DNA of 63,409 nucleotides, counting the filler, from Pirum gemmata (lineage: Eukaryota): assembly GCA_002812295.1 (NCBI GenBank). It is 22 parts of 22 records of this genome, joined end to end, with 100 filler letters (N's around TTAATTAATTAA, not from the genome) between each part and the next. Parts side by side here need not be neighbours in the genome. Positions count along the whole stretch, not along the records: positions 36,863 to 39,414 come from PDIN01005603.1; positions 39,515 to 42,044 come from PDIN01005604.1; positions 42,145 to 44,733 come from PDIN01005605.1; positions 44,834 to 47,423 come from PDIN01005606.1; positions 47,524 to 50,089 come from PDIN01005608.1; positions 50,190 to 52,778 come from PDIN01005609.1; 16 more parts are not named here. One strand, given 5' to 3'. The notes beneath the pieces are model-generated. The model searched no databases and was not told where the DNA came from. It was given only the letters and a program-made list of their open reading frames with translations. Both the position numbers and the translations under genes were made by a program. Position 1 is the stretch's first letter. Every line of letters starts with the position of its first letter. Positions 37,741-52,148 of this stretch are shown piece by piece.

Positions 37741-39879
37741 GGAAGATGTATTATATAGACATATATATTGAGGGCGGACCCTTTTTTTAAATAAAAGAAT
37801 AATGTAAAAAAAAATTTAAAAAAAATTTTTAAAGTCGTGTGGGGTGTGGGACAAACATTTTGAAAAAAAAATTGAGGTGGATATTACAAGTTTTTAGAAA
37901 ACTAACAAGATCGTTTGCGATCTCGAAACTAGCTGAGCTAATCAAAAAAAAGATTGTAGATGCTTGAAAACATTCCGACAGAGTTTAGACTGATTCAGGT
38001 AGTTTTGAAAGGCACGTGATGACCGAATCCGCTTCAGACGGATCCAAAAATGGTCTTGAATTGAGGCATTCATTTTACACGGATTTGAAACAGTGTCCCA
38101 AATAATTTTCTACTACTATTTTATAAAAAGAATGATAATCAAATAAATTTGTACATTTGTACCCCTTTTTTTTTATATATATAAAATATCGGAGGCGAAG
38201 CACCAGACGAATCCTATAAAGATCACGTATTAAAAATTACGATTCGAACGGATTCGAGAAAAAGGTTTTTCAGAACGAACAATCAGAACCGGCATGAACT
38301 TTTTTGTTTAGGTGAATGGCCCGTTTTTTTTAGCATAAAAAGGAAATAAAAAACAATTATGTATAAAAAAAATTGAAGTTAAGATGTTTACAATCTATTA
38401 AGTAGCTGAGTTGGCTATTATAGCAAGGGTAATAAAAGTAAAGTTCAACTATTTTTATGACGTAATAATTTAATAAATGAATGGGGTAATTTTTTGTTTG
38501 TTTGTTTGTTTTTAGGTTTTATGTTAAAAAGAACAGTATGATAAAAATAAGGTACTATATAAGTCTTCGTTTTTTCCGTTTTTGTTTTTTACATATAAAT
38601 AAATAAATTATTGCCAAAAAAACTTTTAAGACTATTACTCCCGATTTTTATAACATAGTATAAGAGAAATGACGCCATAAATATAAATACTGACTTTCTT
38701 TACTCTTGGAGTTACAGTCCAAACTAAAACATGAATGACCCTTTTTATGTTTAATGCGAAATCAACCAAACATTACATGGCATTATTTAATAAGTCACCA
38801 ATGCAATTTAAAAAACAAGTAATGAATAAATAAATGATATATAATATGGCTTGTCAACGAAAAGTCTTTGGTATTATTATTGTTGTTATTATTATTATAA
38901 CTAGAGACAAACAAGGTTATTAATATGGTAATTCAGAAATTTACATAGAACAATATTTTTTATTATACTCAATACATTTTCGAAGGGTCATAGTCATCAG
39001 GCCTTTCGTATCCATAAAGTATTTTAAACACAGCAGGACTGTAATTCATATACTGTATAATATTAAAAGAGAATCGTCACAACAACCGTTTGTTTAGCAT
39101 AGCACATAAAGATGGGAGTTAAATAAATAAAAAAAGGCATTAAAAATAATGATGAACAAATTCAATTAAATGAATGAAATTCAAAAAATAAATGTGAAAC
39201 TGTTTAAAGTGAAATGAAAATAAACTGAATAAAATAAAATAAACGAACAAACAAACTAAGAAAATACAAGGGAAAAAGAAGGAAAGAAAGATATAAAAAT
39301 TAACGAGAAGATGTAAGAAAAAAAGAAAAAGCACACAAGACAAGAAAAACCAACAAGATCATTAAAAATAATGAAAATAAATGATAAATAAAACTATTAA
39401 TAATAATAATAATANNNNNNNNNNNNNNNNNNNNNNNNNNNNNNNNNNNNNNNNNNNNTTAATTAATTAANNNNNNNNNNNNNNNNNNNNNNNNNNNNNN
39501 NNNNNNNNNNNNNNCTAACCCTAACCCTAACCCTAACCCTAACCCTAACCCTAACACCAAGCTACACTTGCATGTTATTGGCCCTCAAAACAAAATGTCC
39601 TTCTGGTCGAAAACGGAGTTCAAAAGCGGAACATTGTGGTCTAAATCATTAGATGAAGTTATTCATTACATCAAAAGTAAAAAATCTTAATATTCCCCAT
39701 ATTAAAATTTGTTCTTACGCTTATCCGAAAATGGGAAAATTTTCGGGCTTGTTGCAATTGTGATTTTTTCGAAAAAAAAAAAAACTCGAATATTTCAGTG
39801 AAGCTCAAGAAACTATTGTAGATTCGAAATTATATATATATAATATTGACGTAATTTCCTTTCATTTGATATACTTTTC

Positions 39880-40018
39880 GAGTAGGGGTGAGATGACGTA
39901 ATTTTATTATTACCGAGCAGCTGCCGGAACTTTTCCGATTTTTATGGTTTTCAGAACTAAGGTTGGCTCAATAAGCATCTGTTCGAAAAAAGTTCCAGTA
40001 GATATCTCACCCCTACTC
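39880..40018. mobile_element. MITE family C copy lying between two ~75-bp direct repeats
   Basis: 15-bp TIR GAGTAGGGGTGAGAT; AAGAAACTATTGTAGA...TACTTTTCG occurs on both sides. Confidence 0.8.
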
Positions 40019-40735
40019 TCAAGAAACTATTGTAGAATTCGAAATTTTATATATATATAATATTGACGTAATTTCCTTTCAAATTTGATAGTCTATACTT
40101 TTCGTATCGTGTTTTTCAATAGTGTTGTCCAGTTCAAAAACTGAAATAAACTTACCGAATTATTATTATGGTTAAACTATCGGGCATGTTTTGATTAAAT
40201 TGGTATTTTATACTAAATGTTGAATTTTATAAAACAGTTCAATTATACACTTAAAAAGTACCAAATTAAAGATTGAGAGGAAAAACTGTAATGAAATAGA
40301 CGCGACGATAATTAAAAAAGTGTTAATTAAAATACGACCACGTTAGACACTAGTAGCTACTAGATCTCTAAGTTAATTAAAGTTCTTGAAGTTCATTTAT
40401 TTTGTCACTCCGAATATTTATTTGGTTGGTTATAATATTTAAATTGACACTTTTAAATAAATAAATATATAATAAAACATACCAAATTAAATTAAATGGA
40501 TTTATATTGTATTAATTTGGTACCTAGCCCCTAACCCTAACCCCTAACCCTAACCCCTAACCCTAACCCTAATTATAACCCTAACCCTTACTACATAATG
40601 CCAATTTCCTGTCAAATACAGCTTCAAATACTCCTACCTACCTATCCCCCGACGTTAATTTCCGGTCAAATACCACCTACCTACCTACCCTTTGACGTGA
40701 CGTATTATTTGAACGCTCCCTAAGTAGTCTCCAGT

Positions 40736-40903
40736 AGGAGGGATGACATGACGTCATACTACTAATACCAACCTAGGGTACGGCAAAAATTGAAAATTTG
40801 ACTTAAATTACTATAAAAAGTTAACTTATAACTATTAATAGTAATACTTAATATAGTAAACTACTATTTTAANATTTCTGCCAAAGGGGATGTCATCCCT
40901 CCT
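40736..40903. mobile_element. MITE related to family C, with 14-bp TIR and 8-bp TSD
   Basis: TIR AGGAGGGATGACAT; TSD TCTCCAGT at 40728-40735 and 40904-40911. Confidence 0.85.
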
Positions 40904-42570
40904 TCTCCAGTAGTCTATTTATTATGATAGACGTCTACAATGTACTACAATGTAGATCTAGACCCCCATTTATAAAACTTGAAGGCTATGGAGACGGTGT
41001 TTCTCAAGTACTGGTCTGCTACCAGCTAGCTAGACTCTAGCTAGCTAGCTAGACCCCGATCTGACCCCGATCTAGAGCTTTTAATATATAGCTTAAAATA
41101 GTAAATATAATTATAGTAGATACCAATTAAAGTAATAATGTTAACATTAATAGTAATAAAACCATAAAATCGGAAAAGTTCCGGCAGCTGTTCAGTAATA
41201 ATAAAATGACGTCATCTCACCCCTACTAATGTATCAGTGTATCATAGAAGGAAAAATCACAAAAATGTAAACACATGACAATACGTTACGTCAAAGGGTA
41301 GGTAGGTAGGTGGTATTTGACCGGAAATTAACGTCGGGGGATAGGTAGGTAGGGGTATTTGAAGCTGTATTTGACCGGAAATTAGCGTTACGTTTTAAAT
41401 TTCGAGTTTNTTTTTTTTTTTTTTTTTTTTTTGATAAACATTGCGAATTTGCGACGAGCTCAAAATCCAAAAAATCTTAAAATGCTCCAATTTTATTAAA
41501 AGTACTACCAAATTTTGAAAGGTTAAATAAATAAAAAAAATCTATAACCGACCAATTTCTTGGACCAATGGCCAGTTTTTAAAAATAATTTGGATAGTTT
41601 TAATAGCAGGACTATTCTAACAGAACTATTAGAAAAGATCTACAATTAGTTCTACAGTTTTATCCGGCTTGTCTGTTAAAAAAAACTAGACTACAAGCTA
41701 GATGAAAAATTGAAAATGGCGCCATATTAGTTCAAAAAAAAAAGGGTTAGGGTTAGGGTTAGGGGTTAGGGTTAGGGTTAGGGTTAGGGTTAGGGTTAGG
41801 GTTAGGGTTAGAAATAATAAGTAACAGTTATGATACTATAATTTTTCAAAACAGATGCTCGAAATTTCTTAGACTAAACCTACCCTTTTTTCACATATAT
41901 ATATAGTCTACAGACTAGTCTACATACAACAGTGATATCATCATCATCACCATCATCATCATCGTCACTATCATCACAATTCACATCATAATCACAATCA
42001 CATCATAATCATAATCACAATCACAATCACAATCACAATCACAANNNNNNNNNNNNNNNNNNNNNNNNNNNNNNNNNNNNNNNNNNNNTTAATTAATTAA
42101 NNNNNNNNNNNNNNNNNNNNNNNNNNNNNNNNNNNNNNNNNNNNTATATAAGTAATTAGACATGGGTAAAAATGCTGATGATAAGTGTGAGTGGTGAGTA
42201 AGAAAACTATACCAACAAATAACGATATCAAGAGAAATTACACAACTTCATTTTTCTAATTAGTAATAAATAAAACATAAATCAAATACTAGTGGAATGA
42301 TAATTATAATATAAAAAGTATAAAAAAGAAATAATATTCATTACTTGCAATAAGAACAACAACAACAACAGCAGCAGCAACAGCAACAATAACAACAACA
42401 ACAACAACAACTATTAATTTTACTTTTACTATTATAACTGTTACTATTAGTATTAAACATATAAAATAAAACAAACCTTGATATAATAATGGTGCAACAA
42501 CTATTAATATTACTTTTTACTATTATAACTGTTACTATTAGTATTAAAGATAAAATAAAATAAAACAAAC

Positions 42571-42800
42571 CTTGATATAATAATGGTAATTTTCTGGAGC
42601 TCTTGTTTCTCACACTTTGGTTAGGCTTTTGGTGGGCTTTGTGTTTGTTGATTTCTCGCTGACTGAGAAACCCCGTGCTCAATTCCCGTTGCTGCCTTTT
42701 AAAGTTCTGATAATCTTTCACTTTTTTTTTAAAGGGACTCAGTTGGGTTAAACTGTCGTTATTAATACTTTGGCGACTATATTCTAAACTACTAATAGTT

Positions 42801-42864
<64 letters not shown>

Positions 42865-44234
42865 CGTTATTGTTATTGTTACTACCGTTACAATTTTTAC
42901 TATAGAAGTTATCTATTTCTTTATTGCTACTGTTACTAACTAACATGGAAAGCTTGTGTATACCTTGTGAAACATTGTTGAATAGACTAGCTCTTGTATC
43001 ATTATTATCATTATTATGTTCGAAACTATTATTACTACAGTTATGATCGAAATTATAATTGCTATTGTTACTAGTGTAGTTGTTATTGTTATCAACTGTA
43101 AATCTGTAGGCTTGCTCGTTCAGAATGTTAGTGGTGGTATTTTCTTGATAGTTTTTTTTATTTTCATTGGAATAAGACCTCCCGGATGTTGTTGATGTCC
43201 TTGTTGTTGGTGGTGAAAGTAGAGCGTTGTTGGTTACCAGTGATTTCGCTTTACGATGTTTTTTGATCATTTTATGTTCCGTAATTTCTAAAGTACAAAC
43301 TTCTTTATTTTCTTTTTCTTCTACTTTGAAAACACACCAGCAAACAAATAAACAAACAAACAAAACAAACAAAACGAAAATAAACAAACAAACAAAACAA
43401 ACAAACAAAACAAACAAACAAACAAAACAAACAAACAAAACAAAAAAAAAGTCTTATGAGTTGTATAAATAAAATAACTCTACAATTTCAAAAAAAATAC
43501 ACATAAGTTGAAAAAAAGGCATAGGAAAGTAAAGTAATAATGGTGACATATTGGTAACATAGTGGTTATATTATGGTTTTGAAAAGTAAAGCAAACACTA
43601 ATGTTAATAATAATAAAATAATATGGTAATTTTAAAGATAATAATAATAATAATAATAATAAAATAGAAATACCTTCTGTCCTCGTTTTTTCATCTGGCG
43701 CTATTCATTAGAAATGATAGCAACAACAATAATAATGATAATAACAGTAATAAAAGTTTGGAATTAGTAAATATCAGAAAATATGTGACTGATTAAATTC
43801 AATAATTGTTTTCTAACTGCACCGCCACCACCACAACGAAACAACAAGAAACAACAACATCAACAACAACAATAACAAGAAATAACAACAAAAAGAAATA
43901 ATAACAACAAGAAACAACCACAACAATAGCCAACAACAACAACAACAACACCAACAACACCAACAGGAACAACCACAACCACAACCACAACAACAACACA
44001 ACAACAACAACAACAAGAAACAACGACAACAATAGCCAACAACAACAACAACAACAACAACAACACCAACAACACCAACAGGAACAACCACAACAAAACA
44101 ACAACAACAACAAGAAACAACAACAACAACAAGAAACAATTAACAACAACAACAACAACAACAACAACAGCAACCACAACAACCACAACAACAACAACAA
44201 CAGCAACAGCAACAGCAACAACAGCAACAACAAG

Positions 44235-44291
<57 letters not shown>

Positions 44292-44496
44292 CGACATATA
44301 CAAGCTACAAAAATAAATAAATAAATAAAATACCATTATCTTCATCTACATATTTAGAGAATAACAATTGAAGACGATGAGCGTTATCATTATCATTATC
44401 ATTATCATTAGAATCATTTTTTTCTCGCTGTTTCCTATCTTTAGTCCTTTTATTTGGACTTTTCCTCAAGTCTGTTTTTTTTTTAGCATTCAGCAT
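42571..44496 (-). CDS. Multi-exon Asn-rich protein of unknown function (main exon 43323-42571; small exons near 43701-43674 and 44496-44334)
   Basis: Long complex open frame bounded by AG/GT; phase-compatible upstream mini-exon. Confidence 0.55.
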
Positions 44497-45396
44497 TTTT
44501 AAAATTTTAAAATTGTAGGATCGTTATTATTAACAGTATTGCAATAATAAAAGGTTAAAAGGCAATACCACAGGTTCTAAATCTAACCAGATTAAAAATA
44601 GTTGTAGGTAAATATGAAAAAGGGTTCTAGTAAGTGAATGTTTTTACGAAAAACGAATATTACATGTAAGTGTTTGTTATTTTGGATTAAAAATAAAATA
44701 ATAAATAATAATAATAATATAATTATAATAATANNNNNNNNNNNNNNNNNNNNNNNNNNNNNNNNNNNNNNNNNNNNTTAATTAATTAANNNNNNNNNNN
44801 NNNNNNNNNNNNNNNNNNNNNNNNNNNNNNNNNATTATGTTTTAAAATATTTTCTATCCTCTAACTCTTCATCGGCAACACCGTTATCTTTTTCATTTTC
44901 TTTTTAAAAAAGTATGATAGGATATTTTGGCATAATTATTTAATTGTTTTAAACCACTAATAGAATCATAATGAATTTTACCATCCCTTATTTAAGTCAA
45001 AATTATTTTTTGAAAAATTATTTTTAAAAAAAATCATGTATAAGAAGATACCTATTTCCGAAATACTGATAAATAACATCTGAAAAAAATCAAGTTATTT
45101 TTGTGTTTTTAATAACATTTTCTGAATGTTTTATTGCATCAGACTTTGTAAACCAATTGCATATTTCTTAATGCTCTGGTGTACAACCGATGCCTGGAAA
45201 GACCAGCTGTATAACTGTACTTTTTCCCGTTCCCTATTCATAAACAATTGTTAAATAAACAAGATTAATAGTATAATTAAGTAAGTATTAATAATTGAAT
45301 TAATTAAATATTAATAATGTTTAGTATTTTATTTTTTAATTAGGTTTTGTGTATCTGATATTCCAGCGTGATTTTTTTATTGCAATTTTGTAAATT

Positions 45397-45890
45397 CTCA
45401 AAAATTTTTATACTTAATTTATTCACAAAACTACATTATAAAATTTATATAAAGTTTTTGTAAACTACATTATGAAATTTATATTAAGTTTTTGTAAAAT
45501 CATTATAATACACAAATTAAATTATTAATGTAATACTTTAATACATTATATCATAATTATCTAAAACAAAACCAACTCATAATTGCTAATACCAATCACA
45601 TTGGGTAGTTCTAAATACGGGTTTCGAACTCAAAATTTTTTATACTTAATTTATTCACAAAACTACATTATAAAATTTATATAAAGTTTTTGTAAACTAC
45701 ATTATGAAATTTATATTAAGTTTTTGTNTTATGAAATTTATATTAAGTTTTTGTAAAATCATTATAATACACAAATTAAATTATTAATGTAATATTTTAA
45801 TACATTATATCATAATTATCTAAAACAAAACCAACTCATAATTGCTAATGCCAATCACATTGGGTAGTTCTAAATACGGGTTTCGAACCC
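45397..45890. repeat. Tandem duplication of about 230-260 bp in a very AT-rich contig
   Basis: CTCAAAAATTTTTATACTTAATTT...TAAATACGGGTTTCGAAC repeated. Confidence 0.8.
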
Positions 45891-47877
45891 AGTAACAATT
45901 AAAACTTTTATTAATAAAATTATTTTATTTTATTTTATTTTTTTAATTTTTTATCTATTCATTCTATAGCCAATATCAATAATAGCTAAAAATTAATGCA
46001 TATTCTAAAAAATAGAAAGATTGAAATTAATCCTAACCAGCCTATAATAATTAATATTATAAATCTTCATTTATAATAGTTTTTGATTAGTAGTTTATAA
46101 ACCATCAATTTAGTCAAAGTAATCAATAGTAGCATAATTTACAAAAGATTTCAATATTTGAATTCATACCATCGATTGTAAAATACAAATCATCCAATTA
46201 TAGCTCAATTATTATAATAGTTAATCTTTACCATTATAAAGCAGGAATATTATAATATTTATCAATTATTATAATAGTTAATCTTTACCATTATAAAGCA
46301 GGAATATTATAATATTTATCAATTAACATATATAATTTTTCTAAATCTAACTATGGTTAAGTTCGTGGCTATAATAATCGTAATATATATTATTATAATC
46401 CGTCAATTTAAGTAATTGATAAAATCAAAAGTAATTATCCAATTATCTAACAATAAACAACATTAATAAATCATTGTAATAATATAATAATTTTATTGGT
46501 AGATTTAAAATATCAATCAACATATCTCATTTCAAAAAGTATCAAAATTAATAAATAAAATAATAAACAAAATATATCAATTATTGTCTATTAGTGGAAA
46601 TAAATAAAATATAAAACCAAACTTTGTGATAACAATTAAGATAACCATAAGTTATTTAAAAAAAAGAGGTTATTGTGCTTTTACAAACACAAAACACAAA
46701 TTAATTATTAATTTAATTCAATATTCACAATTAATTAAAGTCAATTAATTAATATATAATATGATAATTTAACTATAAATTCCTATTATCAATACATATA
46801 TAAGTTATGTATAATATAAGAATAATATTATATATTATAATCACTTCTAACTAGCTAATTTATTGTCCAAAAGTATACGTAACTGACATAGAATATCTCG
46901 ATTAATTACTGATCATCAGTTGATTGGTGTAGTATTACTTACAAGGCTAATAATATGATTACCTTTACCTTTATTATTGCAATTACTATCTGTTCAAAAT
47001 TTTTGAATTTGTCTTCTGGAATTTGGTAAACAAATAAGTTTAAATTTGATATAATTGAATTGAATTGAATTGAATTGAAAATAATTTGGCTAGTTATAAT
47101 AGCATTAAAAGTTTTTAGAAAAGAAGAAGAAGAAAAAAGACTACAAAATGTTCACAAAAATGAATTTTCTTTTGAGAGTGGTTATTTTAATTAAAACTAT
47201 ATAATATTATAATATGTCTAAGTAGCCTTGTCGTACCGGGGTCTACTTAGCTTGTTCGAGTCTGTTAGCTACTTACTAAGTCACTGGTAATGATCTTGAT
47301 TACTTACTGATTGGTGATGTCGTTAATTGGATCGCTTGGTTTAATGCTGATTGGTGATGCCGTTAATTGGATTGCTTGATTTAATATAAATAACCCTAAC
47401 CCTAACCCCAACCCTAACCTATTNNNNNNNNNNNNNNNNNNNNNNNNNNNNNNNNNNNNNNNNNNNNTTAATTAATTAANNNNNNNNNNNNNNNNNNNNN
47501 NNNNNNNNNNNNNNNNNNNNNNNATATAATAATATATATATACATAATGTTATAATATAATATTATAAATAATAATAACAATAATAATAATAATAATAAT
47601 ATATTGGTAATAATAATAATAATGATAATGATTTTAATAGCAATAATATAATAATAAAAATAGTAAAAATGGTAAAATAAATAAATACTGTTTATAAGAA
47701 TAATTTAATAACGAATTCAAATGTATAAAATAATAGTAATAGTAATAAGGAATGGGTTAAGGTAAAAGTTAGGGTTAAAGGTAGGCTTAGGTTAGGGTGA
47801 GAGTAAGTTTAGTTTGGTGGTTGAGTTTGTGATCATGAAGAAATTTTAGAAGCTTAAAATATTTATAGATAACTTAC

Positions 47878-49684
47878 GATTGTATGGTTGTACAGAATTC
47901 AGGTGATAAAACCAGCCAGCTATCCATTTTAATTTCGGATCAGCTCCAGGTTCGCAAATAGCGCCAGGATTCTCACAAAAATCAATTTTAGGGAATAATG
48001 AATCTCTTCCTTCGTCAGCAGCTCTTTTCCCTAAAAAATAGTTTAGCTTTCCGAAATTACAAACACCTGTAGTTTGAATAACACCCCTTCCCCACCAACA
48101 ACAACCTTCAACATCTGTACGAGCAGGTTGTCCAAATTTAGGGGCTGGTGCACCTGGACAAGCATCGTTTGCGCATCCAGGGCCATCATAGAACCACCCA
48201 CCTGTTTTTATATTTTCATAATCACGACAACTACCTCCGTTTTTCACGTATTTAAAATAACTGGCGCTACTGTCATCAAAACTAAATTTGTTTGGGTCAT
48301 AGCCATAGCCTCCAGGCGGTGGACACCATGGTTTAGCGTAATCCCATCGTGGAACCTTTGGTAAAACTGATTTAGGACCACAAAATAAAGCAGGAGGTGC
48401 ACCATACCATTGAGCTTGTGTATAAGCTCTTTGAATCATATTGGGATCCATTTCACAGGCCATTGGTTTACCCCCCGTTTGCATAGCCAATTCATTTTCT
48501 TTTGCGTTGCATAGATAATCTTGATATGACTGACCCAATTGCCCACAAGCAGAAGCAGCAGAGTACGGGGAAGATCCTGTTTGAGCGGCTACGGAAGGAT
48601 CACTCCAGTTGTTTTCATCACACGCGTTATATCTAATAGTTTCCTGCATTGCCTGTCCTAAAAAAGCAGCAACGTTTACCAGACCATAAACAAAATTGGA
48701 ACCCCCGTCCCATAATATTTGTTCACCAATACCTCTAGTCATCATTAAATCAACAGAGGTCACCATATCATCCCACAAATACAGCGAAGAAGGTTGCCAC
48801 TCTGCCGACGGAGTTTCATAAAGAAAAACACCAGCTTTTCTACTATTTTGTAAAGTGATAATTATATTTCCAATAGTTGTACTATTATTAGGATTAGTTG
48901 GTAAAGTTGTTGGTTGTGCCTTTACAGTCGTTTGTGGAGGGGGTTGAGGACCTTCTGAAGTTTGCGGAGGTGTTTTAGATTCAGGTTCAGGTTCAGGTTC
49001 AGGTTCAGGTCCTTGACACCAAATATATTGGCCAGGATTACTTGCTGCCCATCCATCACATTCTAATTTACTTCGGCCAAGGCATTGGTAACCAACCCAT
49101 TTACAACCTTTACAATCACTACATTCTGGATCATTCAGTAATGGAGGTGAAGGTGGAGGTGAAATGTCTTCGGATGGTTGTGGTTGTGGTTGTGGTTCTG
49201 GTTCTGGTTGTGAAACAGGAGTCCCGCCTTCACACCAAATATATTGGCCAGGATTACTGGCTGCCCATCCATGACATTCTAATTCACTCCTGCCAACAAA
49301 GCATTGATAACCAACCCATTTACACCCTTGACAATTACGGCACTCCTCATTTGACGGTGATGTTGTTGTTGTTTGTGGATTTACTGGTTCTAATGGAGAT
49401 TGAGGATGTTCTGTTGGTTGTGGTTGGGGTTGATCTGGGTGAGAAAGAGGAAATCCTCTTTGACACCAAACATATTGTCCAGGATTAGTGGTTGTCCATC
49501 CGTCACACTCTAATTTAGTTCGGCCAAGGCATTGGTATCCAATCCATTTACAACCTTCACAATTAGTGCACTCCTGATAAAAATCTCTTCGTATCACAGT
49601 AGAAGAACATGAAATTTTAATTGTTAATATAAACAAAATCACTATTGTTTTAGCAAAGTGAACGTGGTGTTTGCATTCTTTCAT
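47878..49684 (-). CDS. Secreted GH19-like chitinase (diatom/Vibrio-type) with three N-terminal 6-Cys repeats and Pro-rich linkers; first exon, 3'-partial
   Basis: Signal peptide; 3x ECxxCxGCKWxGYQCxGRxxLECxGWxxxNPGQYxWC; catalytic-type motifs NVAAFLGQAMQETIRYNACDENNW and GCCWWGRGVIQTTGVCNFGKLN; GTAAGT donor at 47877. Confidence 0.82.
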
Positions 49685-50629
49685 AATGCCGTATAAATTA
49701 CAATTATAATTAGAAAACTAAAATTTTATAATAATAAGTTTTTATTATTATTATTATTATTATTTTTTTTTATTTTTTTTTTTATTATTATTAAAATTTT
49801 TTTTTATTTTTATAATATGCAGAAAGTTTAATTATATATTATATATATAAAATAATATTATATATTATAGCAAAAAATGAAAATTTATATAATATTTTGA
49901 TGTTATTATATTATTATAATTAAATATATAATTATATACATTACATTGTGCTACTATTATTATTATTATTATTATTAGTGGCAATAGTAACAGTGCTGAT
50001 GATAGGTTAGAGTTAGGAACTGTCAGGGGTAGGGTTGCTTTTAAAAGTATATTATATAATTAGTACTAGTATTATTTATATTATAATTANNNNNNNNNNN
50101 NNNNNNNNNNNNNNNNNNNNNNNNNNNNNNNNNTTAATTAATTAANNNNNNNNNNNNNNNNNNNNNNNNNNNNNNNNNNNNNNNNNNNNTTATATTATTA
50201 TTATTATTATTATTATTACTCGTCGCCAATAATATCATTATTTTTTAATTTTGTAAATATTGTTGTTTTTCTTTTTTTATTTATCATTTATATGGTAAGC
50301 TGAAGTTTCTGTTCTCCTGTCTCCTCCTCTCTTCTCCTCCCTTTTCTCCCCTCTCCTTTCTTTCCTCTCTTTTCTCTTTACACTGTACTACAATACTAAG
50401 TATGTTGTTACATACGAATTAAAGAATCAATAACTATATAACATGCATCAGAACTTATAATTGGTTTGAATTTTATTACCGAACGCGAGTTACAAATAAT
50501 ATTCCTGGAGAAAAAACGAAGAGAAAATATTATTCAATATAATATGGATAAATAAATAAATTTAAAATAATAGATAAGCAACAATAGTGCCAGCAGCCAA
50601 CAAACAACAACAGCAACAACAACAACAGC

Positions 50630-50679
<50 letters not shown>

Positions 50680-51391
50680 CTTGACAACAACGGCAGCAGC
50701 AAAATAACAAAAATTTACTAAACTTAATAGGAAATTATGTAATTACTAATTATAAGAATGAGAAAGCCAAAAAAGTATCAATACCGGTAGTACTTTGTAA
50801 GTATAGCTTTCACTTTTACTTTTTACAGGTATATTATTATATATCACGCCGACGATATATAGTATTATCATACAAGGTCATCCGCAACGACAACGACAAC
50901 AACCAACACCTCCACAAAGTTAACAACAAAAACATAAACATACAACCACAACATCCACAGTAACTTAACAAGCATTGCAAAATAATGGCATACAAACCAT
51001 TGTCAACACGAACACCTCTAATAATTATTTGTTTATAGTCTAGTCTAGTAGTATGATAGTGCTTTTCACAAATATACAATGAATAGTCTGATATAAACTA
51101 TATAAATAAAAAAGGTTTAGTCTATTAGTCTAAAAGTTTATTCCACAACAGAGTGCACAGTCTACTGCTAGCTAGTAGCTAGCAAGTAATAACACACTAT
51201 TCTGTTAGTTCTAGACTTAGTAGTTGTTAGTTTTAAGCCTCTAAACTAACAAAAGAGGCCTCCAGATGGGCTTTTAGTAGTTAGTCTATCCTACTAATAG
51301 GCACCAAAAATTACATATTAGGCAGTACTGTTGAACTCATTCCATGATTGTCGTGGTGTCTGATGAGAACTCTGATGAGAGAGAGGATGTA

Positions 51392-51546
51392 GGGAGCGTT
51401 CAAATACTACGCAACGCCAATTTCCGGTCAAACACAGCTTCAAATACCCCTACCTACCTACCCCTCGACGTTAATTTCCGGTCAAATACCACCTACCTAC
51501 CTACCCCTTGACGTGACGTATTATTTCTATTTATTTGAACGCTCCC
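51392..51546. mobile_element. PIF/Harbinger-like MITE, short subfamily; a second copy lies at 51820-51950
   Basis: GGGAGCGTTCAAATA...TATTTGAACGCTCCC TIR; flanks GTA/TTA. Confidence 0.85.
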
Positions 51547-52076
51547 TTACAGTAGATTCCAAGAAAGTTCGAAATTCAAACTTCCCTCTGAGTATGAAGA
51601 GGGGTGAAAACGTTGTTTTACCATATATATAAAATTCTTAAACAAATATGGAACTCAAATCTAGTGATTTACTATATTAATACATAGTAGTACTATTAAT
51701 AGGGGTTATATTTTCAAAATTTCCTTGTTTTGTTATTAATAAAGATCACGTGTTATAAGTTTTTTATTTTGTAGTTCGAATACCAAACATGCAAACTTTG
51801 TATACTCTTTGCATCGATAGGGAGCGTTCAAATACTACGTAACTCCAATTTCCAGTCAAACACAGCTTCAAATACCCTCTATCTACCTACCCCTCGACGT
51901 TAATTTCCGGTCAAATACCGCCTACCTACCTACCCCTTAACGTGACGTATAGTCCCTATGACGTAATTAACCCTTTATTATTTTTTTTTTTCTTCTTTGT
52001 TATTAACTACAGTATCATACCACTAGCTAGCTAGCTACAAGTCTAGCTAGCTACAGACTCTAGCTAGCTACTGACT

Positions 52077-52148
<72 letters not shown>

